The notes under the pieces are model-generated. The model searched no databases and was not told the DNA's origin. It was given only the letters and a program-made list of their open reading frames with translations. The position numbers and the translations under genes are program-made. A stretch of 64,000 nucleotides of DNA from Mustelus asterias (Eukaryota). Below, piece by piece: positions 48,398 through 61,762 of this stretch (its first letter is position 1; each line of letters starts with the position of its first letter). The stretch lies in contig NW_027590164.1 of assembly GCF_964213995.1 (NCBI RefSeq), positions 744,001 to 808,000 of the forward strand. The letters run 5' to 3'.

Positions 48398-49330
48398 TCA
48401 CTTGTGAACCCGCTGATGTCTGAGCAGGTGGGATGACTGAGTGAATCCCTTCCCACACACAGAGCAGGTAAATGGTCTCTCCCCAGTGTGAACTCGCTGG
48501 TGTGTCAGCAGGTTGGATGACCGATTGAATCCCTTCCCACACTGAGAGCAGATAAATGGCTTCTCCCCAGTGTGAACCCGCTGGTGTTTCAGCAGGGTAG
48601 ATAACTCACAGAATCCCATCTCACACTCTGAGCAGATGAAAGGCCTCTCCCTGTCCTTGCTGTGAATTTGCTGATGTCTCAGCAGGTTGGTTAACTGAGT
48701 GAATCCCTTCCCACAATTGGAGCAGGTGAACGGCCTCTCCCCAGTGTGAACTCGTTGGTGTGTCAGCAGGGTGGAGGAATCTCCGAATCCTTTCCCACAC
48801 ACGGAGCAGATGAACGGCCTCTCTCCAGTGTGAACTCGCTGATGTGCCAGCAGGTCAGATGAATCTCTGAATCCTTTCCCACACTCTGAGCAGGTGAATG
48901 GTCTCTCCCCAGTGTGAACTCGATGGTGCCTCTGCAGACTGGATGACCGAGTGAATCTCTTCCCACAGTCAGAGCAGATGAAGTGCCTCTCCTTGGTGTG
49001 AACTTGTTGGTGTACCAGTAGGGTGGATGAATCTCTGCATCTTTTCCCACACACTGAGCAGCTGAATGGTCTCATCCCTGTGTGAACTCGATGGTGTCTC
49101 ACTAGGTTGGATGAAATACTGAATTTCTTCCCACACACACAGCAGGTGAATGGCCTCTCCCTGCTGTGAACTCGCTGGTGTGTAAGCAGGTCGGATGCAT
49201 TAGTAAATCTCTTCCCACACTGAGAGCAGGTGAATGGTCTTTCCCCGGTGTGACTGCGTCGATGAATTTCCAACTCAGATGGGGATCTGAATCCCTTTCC
49301 ACAATCCTCACATTTCCACGGTTTCCCCAT
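48398..49330 (-). CDS. Tandem C2H2 zinc-finger protein, 11 fingers
   Basis: [10 protein letters not shown]...HQRVHK, 310 aa, open; acceptor near 49486. Confidence 0.9.
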   Translation of the reverse strand: MGKPWKCEDCGKGFRSPSELEIHRRSHTGERPFTCSQCGKRFTNASDLLTHQRVHSRERPFTCCVCGKKFSISSNLVRHHRVHTGMRPFSCSVCGKRCRDSSTLLVHQQVHTKERHFICSDCGKRFTRSSSLQRHHRVHTGERPFTCSECGKGFRDSSDLLAHQRVHTGERPFICSVCGKGFGDSSTLLTHQRVHTGERPFTCSNCGKGFTQLTNLLRHQQIHSKDRERPFICSECEMGFCELSTLLKHQRVHTGEKPFICSQCGKGFNRSSNLLTHQRVHTGERPFTCSVCGKGFTQSSHLLRHQRVHK

Positions 49331-49858
49331 GGTGTTGGTGTCTGTGTCTCGGTGCTTTTCCAGTCACAGGAATGGTAAAATGGGCGATGGTTTACCTCAT
49401 CCTATTAAATCGAGTGACTCTGTCAGATCTTGGTGTGAAGTTTGGTTTGAGATTTCTTATGGCAAGTTTTTCCCTTTTAATATCCTGTAAAAGAAGTTTG
49501 CAAATGTCATCACTGTCAGTTCAGCTCAGAAATTCAGAACAGACAACCAGTCACTGATGGGATACATTCTGCCACATGGATAATTATAGATTGTAACATT
49601 GTCATTAAAACATGTGATACCAAAGCCACAGCAATGTGGTTGAATCTTAAGTGCCCACCAAGGGCAACTAGAGATGGGCAAGAAATGCTGGCCAACCAGC
49701 GACGTCCATGTCCCACAAATGAATACAAAAGTGATTGAGTGTAAATAATTTACATTTAAAAATGTCTTCTGTCAACGGTGTAAATGCTCATTTATAAATT
49801 TATATATGTATATATTTACATATTTATAAATGCTCATTTTGTCATTTTGTCATTGATT

Positions 49859-50183
49859 GGGCGGCACGGTAGCACAGTGGTTAGCACTGCTGCTTCACAG
49901 CTCCAGGGTCCCGGGTTCGATTCCCGGCTCGGGTCACTGTCTGTGTGGAGTTTGCACATTCTCCTCGTGTCTGCGTGGGTTTCCTCCGGGTGCTCCGGTT
50001 TCCTCCCACAGTCCAAAGATGTGCGGGTTAGGTTGATTGGCCAGGTTAAAAAAATTGCCCCTTAGAGTCCTGGGATGCGTAGGTTAGAGGGATTAGCGGG
50101 TAAATATGTGGGGTGGGATTGTGGTCGGCGCAGACTCGATGGGCCGAATGGCCTCCTTCTGCACTGTAGGGTTTCTATGATTT
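49859..50183 (+). mobile_element. HE1-type SINE, young
   Basis: Near-identical to 56559-56889 and 2750-3088. Confidence 0.92.
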
Positions 50184-50499
50184 CCTGAAGCTCCTGTTTT
50201 GAGTTTCAGACAGTTCTATGCCAAGTGTTTGAGGTGATTAAAAGTCTTTCATCTTACTCTTTGCATATTGATGTTCACTAAAGCGACACAGATTGATTTT
50301 CTTCTCATTATAAATATATTTTCAATACCGAAAAGGACAGTCTTTCAACAATCCCCATTTTCCTTCTTTCTGGTTGATAATTAAGGGTCTGTACACTTGG
50401 CTTTATTTATGATTTTGTTCCTAATTTTATCGGTTTCCCCACCCGCCACAATCTCCACAACACAGCAAAAATAATCACTATTCACTCATTGGGATTGTC

Positions 50500-50930
50500 A
50501 ATGGCGGGCTTTATACCCAGCATTCCCCGCGGTGCTGAAAGTCCCCTTTCTTCACTGCAGGAGAGTCGTGCGCAGGCCCAGTGCTCATCCAGTTGGAGCA
50601 TGCGCAGTATGAGTGATGTCTCCTGAGGCAAAGACGTTTCTTTGGTTAACAGGCAGTCGGTAAGGATGCGGAAACCCGGAGTGAGTAACGGAGGCCATTC
50701 TGGTTGGGGTGAGTTTGTAAACATCGGGTGAATGCTCTAACCCCCTTTACGAACCTGAAGGTGCCGCGTTTGCAGCTCCAGGTCTTTTTCCCGAAACGAG
50801 GCCCCGGTTACTGGCCGCCATCTTGGTTCAAAGCCGAGGGGTGCGCATGCGTCTTTGTTCAGGTGACGTAACAGAGTGGACGGGGCTTCAGGGTCTCTGT
50901 TCCCAACTGGGTCCTAGTGCCCGGGGAACC
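50500..50930. promoter_or_regulatory. CpG-rich promoter between ZNF 49330 (-) and ZNF 53259 (+)
   Basis: TGCGCAGGCCCAGT...GAGCATGCGCAGT, donor CG/GTAAGG near 50660, YY1 GGCCGCCATCTT 50813, TGCGCATGCG. Confidence 0.7.
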
Positions 50931-51342
50931 ATAACTGAGTAAACAGATTTTAAACAGCTTCACCCACTCCCAGGCTGCAGCGAATGTTTGCAGCCTAAAG
51001 GAGTCCATGGGCCATGTTTACATTATATTAATATTATATTATAGCCCAAAGATGTGGATTGCCCATGTTAAATTGCCTCTTAGTGTCCCAAGATGTGCAG
51101 GTTAGATGGGAAATTGTGAGGTTACCAGGATAGGGTGAGGAAGAACACCTGGCTAAGATGCTCTGTCAGAGAGTCGGTGCATACTCAATGGGTCAAATGG
51201 CACATTCTGCACTGTAGGGATTCTATATTCAGTGTGAGATGTTGCAGCCCTGTATAGTTACCTGAAGGAGCTGCTCCTCAACCTTTGTGAACACTTTAGC
51301 CCCAATCTCCTAATCTTTGGCTGTGAGGGGGGAAGTTGGGGA

Positions 51343-52500
51343 GAACAAAGAAAAGTACAGCACAGGAACAGGCCCTTTGGTCCTCCAAGTCCATGCCAAT
51401 CATGATACCCTAATTTTAAAAAAACCTTCTGCCCTTGCTTGGTCTGTATCCCTCTGGGCAGCATGGTGGCACAGTGGTTAGCACTGCTGCCTCAGAGCTC
51501 CAGAGTCCCAGGTTTAATTCTGGCCTTGGGTCACTTTCTGTGTGGAGTTTGCACATTCTCTCCGTGGCTGTGTGGGTTTCCTCCGGGTGCTCCAGTTTCC
51601 TCCCACAGTCCAAAGATGTGCGGGTTAGGTTGATTGGCTATGTTAAATTGACCCGAGTGTCAGGAGAATTAGTAAAGTAAATGTGTGCGGTTGCGGGAAT
51701 TGGCCCTGGGTGGGATTTAAAAAAATTAATTTATGGGACATGGATGTCGCTGGCTGGCCAGCATTTATTGCCCATCCCTAGTTGCCCTTGTTCAGAGGGC
51801 AGTTGAGAGTCAACCACATTGCTGTGGCTCTGGAGTCACATGTAGGCCTGACCAGAAAAGGATGGCAGGTTTCCTTCCCTAAAAGACATCAGTGAACCAG
51901 ATGGATTTTTCCGATAGTCGACAATGGTTTCATGGTCATCAGTAGATTCTTAATTCCAGATATTTTTTGTTGAATTCAAATTCCACCACCTGCCGTGGCA
52001 GGATTTGAACGCGGGTCCCCAGAACATTAGCTGAGTTTCTGGATTAATAGTCGAGCGATAATTTCTAATTCCTCCCTATTCAAGTACCCATCCAGATTCC
52101 TGTTAAATTTTACTCATGTGCCTGCTTCCACCACCTATTTGGCAGCACGTTCCAGGCACCCACCACTCTGTGTGAAAAACTTCCACTGCACATCTCCCTT
52201 AAACATTCCCCTTCTCATCTTGAACCTGTGCCCCTTGTAATTGATAATTACACCCGAAGAACAAAACCTCTGACTATCCACCCTGTCTATGCCTCTCAGA
52301 ATTTTGTAGACCTCTATCAGGTCTCCCGTTAGCCTCTGTCTTTCCCGCAAAAAATCCTATTCAACCTCTCCTCGCCAACATCCTCGAGACCAGGCAACAT
52401 CGTGGTGAACCTTCTTTGCACTCTCTCCAAAGCTTCCAGGTCCTTCTGGTAGTATGGTGGCCAGGAATGCATGCAATACTCCAAATGCAGCTTAACCAAG
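51343..52500 (-). mobile_element. CR1 3' fragment with nested HE1 SINE (51457-51717, +) and third-family SINE (51722-52065, -)
   Basis: HLEYC...EALERVQRRF translation; tail at 51343. Confidence 0.8.
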
Positions 52501-53258
52501 ATCAGAGTATCTTCTCCTGGACCTGCTCTTGGGCCAGATTCAAACAACAATTTGTTGAAGCTGAATGAGCAGTGTCCATAGCAATTGGGTGGATGTCGCA
52601 TATCCTTGCAGTCTCTCCTGGAGAGGGAGCATGTGGTGTCCACTGATGCACTTGCTACCTTCCACAACTGATGAGCATCGCAGGGTACAAAGTAACTTCA
52701 AGACACTGGAAACAACATTCTGGTTTAGTTAGGAAGCTAACCTTTCTTCTTGTTGGTACTTTGTTGCTGATCTTTTTCTTTTTTTAGTTTGTTTGGACCA
52801 CATATTTGAGGAAACAAACAAGGGAAAAGAATATTCAATAGAAAATTAAATATCTGTTCTGAATTTCTATCATGTTACAATGATAATTTTTGTAAACTCC
52901 TTTTACAGGGTATTAGAAGAGGAAGTTTTGCAAATGTGAAACTCAAACACAACATCACACAAAAATACAGCAAAATTGTTCCATTCATCAGAACCTGATT
53001 ATCATCGACCTTTGAATGGGGAAGCAGAAATGCTTGTTTGTTTTGCAAACATCAGTGTGACTGGAAAAGCACCGAGACACACACACACCCAAGTGAGAGT
53101 GTTCCAGTGAACTGACTGTGGAAAGAGCTTTAACCAGTTACACAGCCTGAAAAAAAACATCACAACATTCACAGCCAGGAGAAATCATCACGTGTTCTGT
53201 GTGTGGATGAGGCTTTAACTGATCATCCAACCTGGAGATACACAAGGACACCAGCACC

Positions 53259-54182
53259 ATGGAGAAACCGTGGAAATGTGCGGATTGTGGTAAGGGGTTC
53301 AGTTACCCTTCCCAGCTTAAAAATCATCAACGCAGTCACACTGGGGAGAGACCATTCACCTGCTCCATGTGTGGGAAGGGATTCATTCAGTCATCCCACC
53401 TGCTTTCACACCAGCAAGTTCACCTTGATGAGAGGCTGTTAAACCGCTCGGACTGTGAAAGCAACTTGAAAAGCTCGGAGGACCTGGTCACGCACCAGGT
53501 TGTTCACACTGAGAGACAGTTCAGTTGCTCTCACTGTGGGAGGGGGTTCATACGATCACAGAACCTCATCGAACATGAACGCACTCACACTGAGGAGAGG
53601 CCATTCACCTGCTCTGTGTGTGGGAAGGGATTCACGCGATTATCGTACCTCACGACACATCGTCTGGTTCACACTAATAACAGACCTTTCAAATGTACTG
53701 AATGTGAGAAGAGTTATAAAACCACAAGTGAATTGCTGATACACCAGCGGGTTCACACGGGGGAGAGGCCATTCACCTGCGCTGTGTGTGAGAAGGCATT
53801 TGCACGATCATCCCACCTCGCTAAACACCAACTGGTTCACACGGATAAAAGACTTTTCAAATGCTCTGAGTGTGAGAAGACTTACAGAACCACAACTGAC
53901 CTGCTGACACACCAGCGAGTTCACACTGGGGAGAGGCCATTCAGATGTACAGTGTGTGGGACAGGATTCACTCTGTCATCCAGCTTCCAGAAACACCAGC
54001 GAGTTCACACTGGGAAGAGGTCGTTCACCTGCTCCACGTGTGGAAAAGGATTCATTCATTCAGCCAATCTTCTGACACACCAGCGAGTTCACACTGGGGA
54101 GAGGCCATTCCTTTGCTCCGACTGTGGGAAGACATTCATCCACTCATCCCATCTTTTGAGACACCAGAAAGTTCACAAATGA
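53259..54182 (+). CDS. Tandem C2H2 zinc-finger protein, 11 finger units (1 degenerate)
   Basis: MEKPWKCADC...HQKVHK, 307 aa, open; acceptor AG 52907-52908. Confidence 0.9.
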   Translation: MEKPWKCADCGKGFSYPSQLKNHQRSHTGERPFTCSMCGKGFIQSSHLLSHQQVHLDERLLNRSDCESNLKSSEDLVTHQVVHTERQFSCSHCGRGFIRSQNLIEHERTHTEERPFTCSVCGKGFTRLSYLTTHRLVHTNNRPFKCTECEKSYKTTSELLIHQRVHTGERPFTCAVCEKAFARSSHLAKHQLVHTDKRLFKCSECEKTYRTTTDLLTHQRVHTGERPFRCTVCGTGFTLSSSFQKHQRVHTGKRSFTCSTCGKGFIHSANLLTHQRVHTGERPFLCSDCGKTFIHSSHLLRHQKVHK

Positions 54183-55061
54183 TGGAAGGATTTGGATTCT
54201 GCTGTTATCTTTAAAAATTCATTTTACAGGACGTGAGGGTCGCTGACTGGGCCGAGCATTTATCGCCCATCCTAATTCCCCTCCATTGCAGAGGCCATCT
54301 CAGAGTCAACCACATTGCTGTGGCTCTGGAATCACATGTAGGCCAGACCAGGTAAGGTTGGCAGATTTCCTTCCCTAAAGGACATTAGTGATCCAGATGG
54401 GTTTTTCCGACAATTGTCAATGGTTTCGTGGTCATCAGTTGACTTTTAATTCCAGATTAATCACATCCAAGCCTGAAACATGTTCAGCCTGAGAGCTGGA
54501 GTTTCTTCATGCTGATGTTAATAATCTCCATAACTTGCTGCAGTTTAGTATCCGATGTGTGTCAAATGAACTAATATTATTTCAGACACACAGTCGGGTC
54601 CTTTATTTCTCCAGGATAAAAGGAGATTATTCGATATCCTGTTACTGGCTGCTCCATTTGTGAGTATGTGTTTCTCCTTTCTCACTGTCTGGATCATTTC
54701 AGTTTGCGGACCTTCAGCTATTCTCTTGGACCCAGACCCTCCAGAGCATCTCTCCTAACCTGGGGAATCAGTGAAGGTGGTGATAACACACTCGGCCTCA
54801 GTCAAAGCAAAACCCAGTCTTGATGTGCTGGACCCATCATTGAGAATAGGGATGTTTGTGGAGTCTCCTCTTCTTGGGTTCCACTTTGGGTTGAAGTCAG
54901 TGAGGTCTCTGATCTGTGTTCTGTTTTTTATACCAGGAAAACAAATAAACTAATGAACAAGTGAAATCTCCTCAAAACGTCATTGTAACAAAAAGACAGA
55001 ACTTCAAAGAAAATGTATCAAAATTAATTAAAATGTTGTTTACTATAAACCAAAAGTAAAT

Positions 55062-55378
55062 GGGCAGCACAGTGGTTAGCACTGCTGCCTCACAGCGCCA
55101 GGGACCTGGGTTCAGTTCTGGCCTTGGGTCACTGTCTGTGTGGAGTTTGCATGTTCTCCCCGTGGCTGTGTGGGTTTCCTCCGCGTGCTCTGGTTTCCTC
55201 CCACAGTCCAAAGATGTGCAGGTTCGGTTGACTGGCTGTGCAAAATTGACCCTAGTGTCAGGGGGATTAGGAGAGTAAATATGTGGGGTTACGGGAATAG
55301 GGCTTGGGAGGGATTGTGGTCGGTGCAGACTCGATGGGCCGATGGCCTCCTGCACTGTACGGATTCTATGATTCTGTG
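55062..55378 (+). mobile_element. HE1-type SINE
   Basis: Head, V core, tail. Confidence 0.9.
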
Positions 55379-55751
55379 ACATGAAACAGAATCAGGGTGA
55401 AAGGTAACTAATGAGACTAAAATGTCATTACTGGGGGGCCGGGATTGATGATGCAGCCCAGACCCCACAAGAACCCACCAGTCATGGAAGGCCTGGCAGT
55501 GGCAGTGGACACCATGTGCTCCCTTTCCAAGGCCACCCAGCCGTGAATTTAACCCTGGTACAGAGGCAGACATTTGGGTTGGTGGAACCCCCTCGAGCAG
55601 ATCAGTGTTTGGGAAATGGATGTCTGTAGAACATGAGGGCAGGGTTACATTGTACAGGAAGAGAAACAGAAACCCAAACAGCACAAGAGGCTGGTTATTG
55701 ATGATTCTTCTGAGCTCTATTCCCAGGGTATTAGCAGGGGATGATTTAAGA

Positions 55752-56425
55752 CCATAAGACCATAAGACATAGGAGCGGAAGTAAGGCCATTCGGCCCATC
55801 GAGTCCACTCCACCATTCAATCATGGTTGATTTCAACTCCATTTACCCGCTCTCTCCCCATAGCCCTTAATTCCTCGAGAAATCAAGAATTTATCAATTT
55901 CTGTCTTGAAGACGCTCAACGTCTCGGCCTCCACAGCCCTCTGTGGCAATGAATTCCACAGACCCACCACTCTCTGGCTGAAGAAATTTCTCCTCATCTC
56001 TGTTCTAAAGTGACTCCCTTTTATTCTAAGGCTGTGCCCCCGCGTCCTAGTCTCCCCTGTTAATGGAAACAACTTCCCTACGTCCATCCTATCTAAGCCG
56101 TTCATTATCTTGTAAGTTTCTATCAGATCTCCCCTCAACCTCCTAAACTCCAATGAATATAATCCCACGATCCTCAGACGTTCATCGTATGTCAGGCCTA
56201 CCATTCCTGGGATCATCCGTGTGAATCTCCGCTGGACCCGCTCCAGTGCCAGTATGTCCTTCCTGAGGTGTGGGGCCCAAAATTGCTCACAGTACTCCAA
56301 ATGGGGCCTAACCAGTGCTTTATAAAGCCTCAGAAGTACATCCCTGCTTTTGTATTCCAAGCCTCTTGAGATAAATGACAACATTACATTTGCTTTCTTA
56401 ATTACGGACTCAACCTGCAAGTTTA
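55752..56425 (-). mobile_element. CR1 3' fragment (different subfamily)
   Basis: ORF 55833-56447 RPHLEYCEQFWAP; (CTTATGGT)n tail. Confidence 0.92.
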
Positions 56426-56428
56426 CAG

Positions 56429-57445
56429 GGAGGGAACTTATAGCCAAACATCACATTGAGATCTAACAGAATCACTCGATTCATCAGGACCTGAATATCA
56501 TTAACCTTTCAATGTGGAAGGAGAAATGTTTGTTTGTTCTGTCTGTGGGAAAAGATTTCATAGAAACCCTACAGTGCAGAAGGAGGCCATTCGGCCCATC
56601 GACTCTGCACCGACCACAATCCCACCCAGGCCCTACCCCCACATATTTACCCGCTAATCCCTCTAACCTACGCATCTCAGGACTCTAAGTGGCAATTTTT
56701 AGCATTGCCAATCAACCTAACCAGCACATCTTTGGACTGTGGGAGGAAACCGGAGCACCCGGAGGAAACCCACGCAGACACGAGGAGAATGTGCAAACTC
56801 CACACAGACAGTGACCCAAGCCGGGAATCGAACCCAGGTCCCTGGAGCTGTGAAGCAGCAGTGCTAACCACTGTGCTACCGTGCCGCCCTATTTCAAATA
56901 TCAGTGTGACTGGAAAAGCACCGAGACACAGACACACCCGAGTGAGAGTGTTCCAGTGAACGGAGTGTGGAAAGAGCTTTAACCGGTTACACATCCTGAA
57001 AATACATCACAGCATTCACAGCGAGGAGAGACTGTATGCGTGTTGTGTGTGTGGATGAAGCTTTGACTGATCATCCAACCTAGAGAGACACAAGGACACC
57101 AGCACCATGGAGAAAGCATGGACATATGGGGATTGAGGGATGGGATTCATTTACCCGTTTCAACTGGGAAATGATCAACACAGTCACACTGAGGAGAGAA
57201 CTTTCACATTCTCCATTTGTGGAGATGGATTTACTCAGTTGCCAGTCTGTCGGCACACCAGCAAGTTCATTCCGGAGAGAGGCTGTTCAGATGCTCCAGG
57301 TGAAGGAAGGAATTTGCTGACTCATCTGAGCTGCTGGCGTATTAGCAAGTTCACACTGAGGAGGGTGCATTCGCCTGCTCTGTGTGTGGGAAAGGGACTC
57401 ACTCCATCATCCAACCTACTGAGACACCAGTGAGTTCACAAATGA
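56429..57445 (+). pseudogene. Decayed ZNF copy: leader plus about 4 broken fingers, split by a SINE
   Basis: Family leader, GCACCATGGAGAAAGCATGG at 57102-57121, then frameshifted fingers. Confidence 0.85.
56559..56889 (-). mobile_element. HE1-type SINE, young
   Basis: Full length; ATTTCA duplicated at both ends. Confidence 0.92.
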
Positions 57446-58589
57446 GTGCAAGAGTTGGATTTGGCGAATGCTGCAGTTAGGATTGGACGTGTGGGTAAAT
57501 CCTGAGGTGGGTAAGAAATGTGTCCCAGCCGCTCTCTTCCATGTTTCAGAGCTCCGAGACATGGAACAAAAGCTCCTCTACAACTGTGTTTAGAGTCAAG
57601 AAGAACAACGGTGTGTATGAAATGTGTCCCAGCTGCTCTCTTCCATGGATCAGAGCTCCTAGACATGGAACAAAAGCTCCTTTACAACTGTGTTTAGAGT
57701 CAGGAAGAACAACAGTGAATGCTGGAAACGTGCTGTCAAATCAGAGATTGGTGTAAAGCTGGGATCTGTTCCTGACTGAGTGAAACGGCAGGTTTAAGTT
57801 TCCAGTCTGAAAAAAGTAGAGATTTAAAATGTTAGTGTGAATTCCTGAATCTACCAATGTAAGGCAATGGAAACATCAAGTTACATTTCTGTCTGGAACC
57901 TTTAACCATCTCTCACCTTCCATTGACTTCAATGTGATGGAAACTCACTGTTGAAATCTCTCAGCATTTGAAACATGTTTACAAATGATTGGAGGGTTTT
58001 TAGTTGAGATCTTTCTTTTGTCCACTTGAGGTGTTAAATAACAGACTTTCTCCTGTGAATATCCAGCTGGAGTTTTGGGCTCTGATGTGTTTCCTTGTTC
58101 ATCTTGTTGACTCTAAATATTTGAATCTTGCGGTTTCAAACACCAGATAATCAAATTCCCAACAACAGATTGTCTTTTACTGACTTTATTAACTGCACTG
58201 CAATAATACAGACAGAGTAATTCCTTACATGGTTCCAGTGCTCAACGAAGTACTGAAATGATAAAATTTATATGCATTTCAGAGCCTGTAACATAGGAAT
58301 GGTGTATTGGTCTGTAACTTTAATTCAATGTTCCTTCTTTTAATGTCATGTCCACCACTTTCCTGTTACCTGATCAATTTGTTTATTGTTATTACAGGAT
58401 TGTCACATATTTCCATTGTTTGTATCTTTAATTTTATCAATCTTTGACGTAAGTTACACAGCAGTTAAGTCTTTGGGCTGTGAGTGTGTTTCTTGAATAA
58501 AATACCATTACATTTTTAAAATAGTCATTCGATCTGGAGAACAGAGATAATACAGTCGATTCAGAACGCCCTTCTCCTCAGCTGTGATC

Positions 58590-59190
58590 TAAAAGGCTAC
58601 GACTCTCATCAACTTTTACAGATGCACCATAGAAAGCATTCTTTCTGGTTATATCACAGCTTGGTATGGCTCCTGCTCTGACCAAGACCGCAATAAACCA
58701 CAAACAGTTGGGAATGTAGCCCAGTCCATCACGCAAACCAGCCTCCCATCCATTGACACTGTCTACACTTCCCGCTGCCTCAGAAAAGCAGCCAGCATAA
58801 TCAAGGACCCCACGCACCTCGAACATTCTCTCTTCCACCTTACAAAAGTCTGAGGTCACGTACCAACCGACTCAAGAACAGCTTTTTCCCTGCTGCCATC
58901 AGACTTTTGAATGATCCTATCACGTATTAAGCTGATCTTTCTCCACACACTAGCTATGACTATAATACTATATTCTACATCCTCTCCTTTCCTTCTCCCC
59001 TTTGTACTTTGTGAACAGGATGTTTGTCTGTATAGTTCACAAGAAACAATACTTTTCACTGTATCCCAATACATGTGACAATAAATCAAATCATCCCTTT
59101 CCCCCTATTTACTCTATGTACGGTATGCTTTGTCTGTATAGCATGCAAGAAACAATACTAATACATGTGACTATAATAAATCAAATCAAA
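58590..59190 (+). mobile_element. Rex1/Babar 3' fragment with duplicated tail
   Basis: Matches 33380-33870; tail present twice. Confidence 0.85.
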
Positions 59191-59513
59191 TTCAGTTTAA
59201 ACCCGGTTTGCAGACATGACATTCCATTCACATACAGAAGGTGAGTGAGATCCTGTGAGACACACACTGAGCCCAGTAGCTGAAAGTGATTCACAAACTG
59301 TGTTTTGTGTTCATTGATCCCAGGAATGTTACCGAAACCTTCCCTGGATCTCGAGGCTGGGAGAGACACTCTGGTAGGTATGGGGAGCTGGGACTTCCCT
59401 GGATCTCGAGGCTGGGAGAGACACTCTGGTAGGTATGGGGAGCTGGGACTTGTCCATGAGAGTAACGGAAGGTTTGAGACTGAAATAATCTCGAGTTAGA
59501 AAGGAGAAAAGGT

Positions 59514-60854
59514 TCAGTCCTGGGTGTGATTCTCAGCAGCAACAGCAGAGTCCAGCTTTGTTGGTAAGATGTGAAGTTTCTGGTGTTTCAGCAGGCGGGA
59601 TGTCCGAGTAAATCTCTTCTCACACACAGAGCAGGTGAGCAGCTTCTTCCTGGTGTGAACTCGTCGGTGTTTAACCAGGTCGAACGACTGAACAAACCCC
59701 TTCCCACACACACAGCAGGTGAACGGCTTCTCCCCAGTGTGGATGCGTTCGTGTCTCTGGAGGCTGGAGGACTCAGGGAAACGCTTCCCACACATGGAGC
59801 AGATGAAGGCCTTCTCCCCGGTGTGAACAAGCTGGTGTTTCTGCACGTGGTGTAAACAAGTAAAGGCCCTCCCGCACACATGACAAATGTATGGCCTCTC
59901 CCCGGTGTGAACCCGCTCGTGTATCACAACATGGGACAAACGAGGGAAACTCTTCCCACACACGAAGCAGGTGAACGGCCTCTCCCCGGTGTGAACTCGC
60001 TTGTGTGCGCGCAGGGCGGATGACTGAGTGAATCTCTTCCCACACACAGAGCAAGAGAATGGCCTCTCCCCAATGTGAATCCGCTTGTGCATCACAAGGT
60101 GCGTTGAACGAGTGAATCCCCTCCCACACTTGGAGCAGGTGAACGGCCTTTCTCCGGTGTGAATTCGTTGGTGTATCACAAGGTCAGATGAGCGAGTGTA
60201 TCCATTCCCACACTCGGAGCAGGTGAATGGTTTCTCCCCCGTGTGAACAAGTTTGTGCCTCAGAAGGTGGAATGAATGATTGAATCTCCTCCCACACACA
60301 GAGCACGGGAACGGCCTCTCCCCACTGTGAGTGCATTGGTGTCTCAGGAGACTATTGTTCGTTTTAAAGGTCTTCTCACACTCTGAGCATTTAAAACTTC
60401 TCTCATCAGAATGAATGAGCTGGTGCTCTGTGCAGTGGGAGGACTGAGTGAATCTCTTCCCACACTGGGAGCAGCTGAATGGCCTGTCCTTGGTGTGAAC
60501 TTGTTGGTGCTCAGTGAGATGCACTGAGTCGCTGAACGACTCTCCACAGTGGGAGCAGCTGAACGGTCTCTCGTGTGTGTGAAGGAGCTGGTGCTCTGCA
60601 AGGCGGGAGGACTGGCTGAACCTCTTCCCGCAGTGGGAGCAGCTGAACGGTCTCTCGTCAGTGTGAAGGAGCTGGTGTTGGGCCTGTTCCTCAGGCGTCT
60701 CAACGCTGTCCCCAGAGTCAGAGCTTTGAAGAGGCTCCTCATCAATGTGATCGAGTTGGTGAGCCAGAAGGTTGGACGAACACATGAATTTCTTCCCACA
60801 CACGGAGCAGGTGAATGAACTCTCACTATTGCGAGCTCGCTGTCGCGTCAGCAT
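59514..60854 (-). CDS. Tandem C2H2 zinc-finger protein, 14 intact fingers plus 1 degenerate, with C-terminal LDSAVAAENHTQD tail
   Basis: Open frame; first ATG 60854; acceptor near 61044. Confidence 0.88.
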   Translation of the reverse strand: MLTRQRARNSESSFTCSVCGKKFMCSSNLLAHQLDHIDEEPLQSSDSGDSVETPEEQAQHQLLHTDERPFSCSHCGKRFSQSSRLAEHQLLHTHERPFSCSHCGESFSDSVHLTEHQQVHTKDRPFSCSQCGKRFTQSSHCTEHQLIHSDERSFKCSECEKTFKTNNSLLRHQCTHSGERPFPCSVCGRRFNHSFHLLRHKLVHTGEKPFTCSECGNGYTRSSDLVIHQRIHTGERPFTCSKCGRGFTRSTHLVMHKRIHIGERPFSCSVCGKRFTQSSALRAHKRVHTGERPFTCFVCGKSFPRLSHVVIHERVHTGERPYICHVCGRAFTCLHHVQKHQLVHTGEKAFICSMCGKRFPESSSLQRHERIHTGEKPFTCCVCGKGFVQSFDLVKHRRVHTRKKLLTCSVCEKRFTRTSRLLKHQKLHILPTKLDSAVAAENHTQD

Positions 60855-61446
60855 GTTTTCCAGCTGTATCAATCCCTTCCCACAGGAAGAGCAGGTTTAC
60901 AGACTCTCACCAGCTTCCTGCTGAGACAGTCAATTAAATCCCTTCAGATGCACAAATCTTCACATCCTGATGAATTGACTTTCCAATTGTGACACAAAGT
61001 TTGGTTTGTTTTTCCTGACTGCAAATCCTCCTCTTCCATTACTCTGCAAAATAATTTCACGAAGAATTGCATAGACTATATAATACACAAACAGGCCATT
61101 CGGGCAATCTAGTCTGTACGGAGTTTCTACTCCACATGAGTCTCCTCCTATTCTGCTAACCTCATCTCAGCCTTTCAGCCTCTCTTTTCTCTCATTCTCA
61201 TCTAGTTTCCTTTTGAAAGAATCGAAGTCTCAACTACTTCCAGTGAGTTCCACATTTTAACAACTGTTTGTGAAAAGAAATGTCTCCTGTTTTCCTGTTG
61301 GATTTATTAGTCTGGATTGTGCACTGTGAAGATGTGGTGCAGTGGGGAGTGACCCTTCTTCTGAGTCAGAAGCTCTGGTTTCCACTCCCACTCAGAGTAC
61401 ATGGCCGAGGAAGGCGTGTTCATAATGTGGCCAAACTGTAAATCAT

Positions 61447-61762
61447 TCATAGAATCACTACAGTGCGGAAAGAGGCCATTCGGCCCATCGTGTCTGCACC
61501 GACCACAATCCCGCCCTTGCCCTATCCCCATGCATTGACCCAGGCTAGTCCCCCTGATACTAAAGGGCAATTTAGCATGGCCAATGCACCTAACTTTCAC
61601 ATCTTTGGACACTGGGTGGAAACCAGAGCACCCAGAGGAAAGCCACGCAGACACAGGGAGAATGTGCAAACTCCACACAAACAGTGACCCGGGCCGGGAA
61701 TCGAACCTGGATCCCTGGCGCTGTGAGGCAGCAGTGCTAACCACTGTGCCACCATGCTGCCC
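61447..61762 (-). mobile_element. HE1-type SINE
   Basis: Tail, V core, head. Confidence 0.9.

Noticed and set aside
49859-49935. tRNA genes at SINE heads
   Set aside because: A/B boxes continue into the V core and LINE-like tail; these are SINEs
5403-60854. Assigning mammalian ZNF gene symbols or a KRAB domain
   Set aside because: No KRAB-like (VTF.DVAV.F) sequence seen; lineage-specific arrays have no recognisable orthologue
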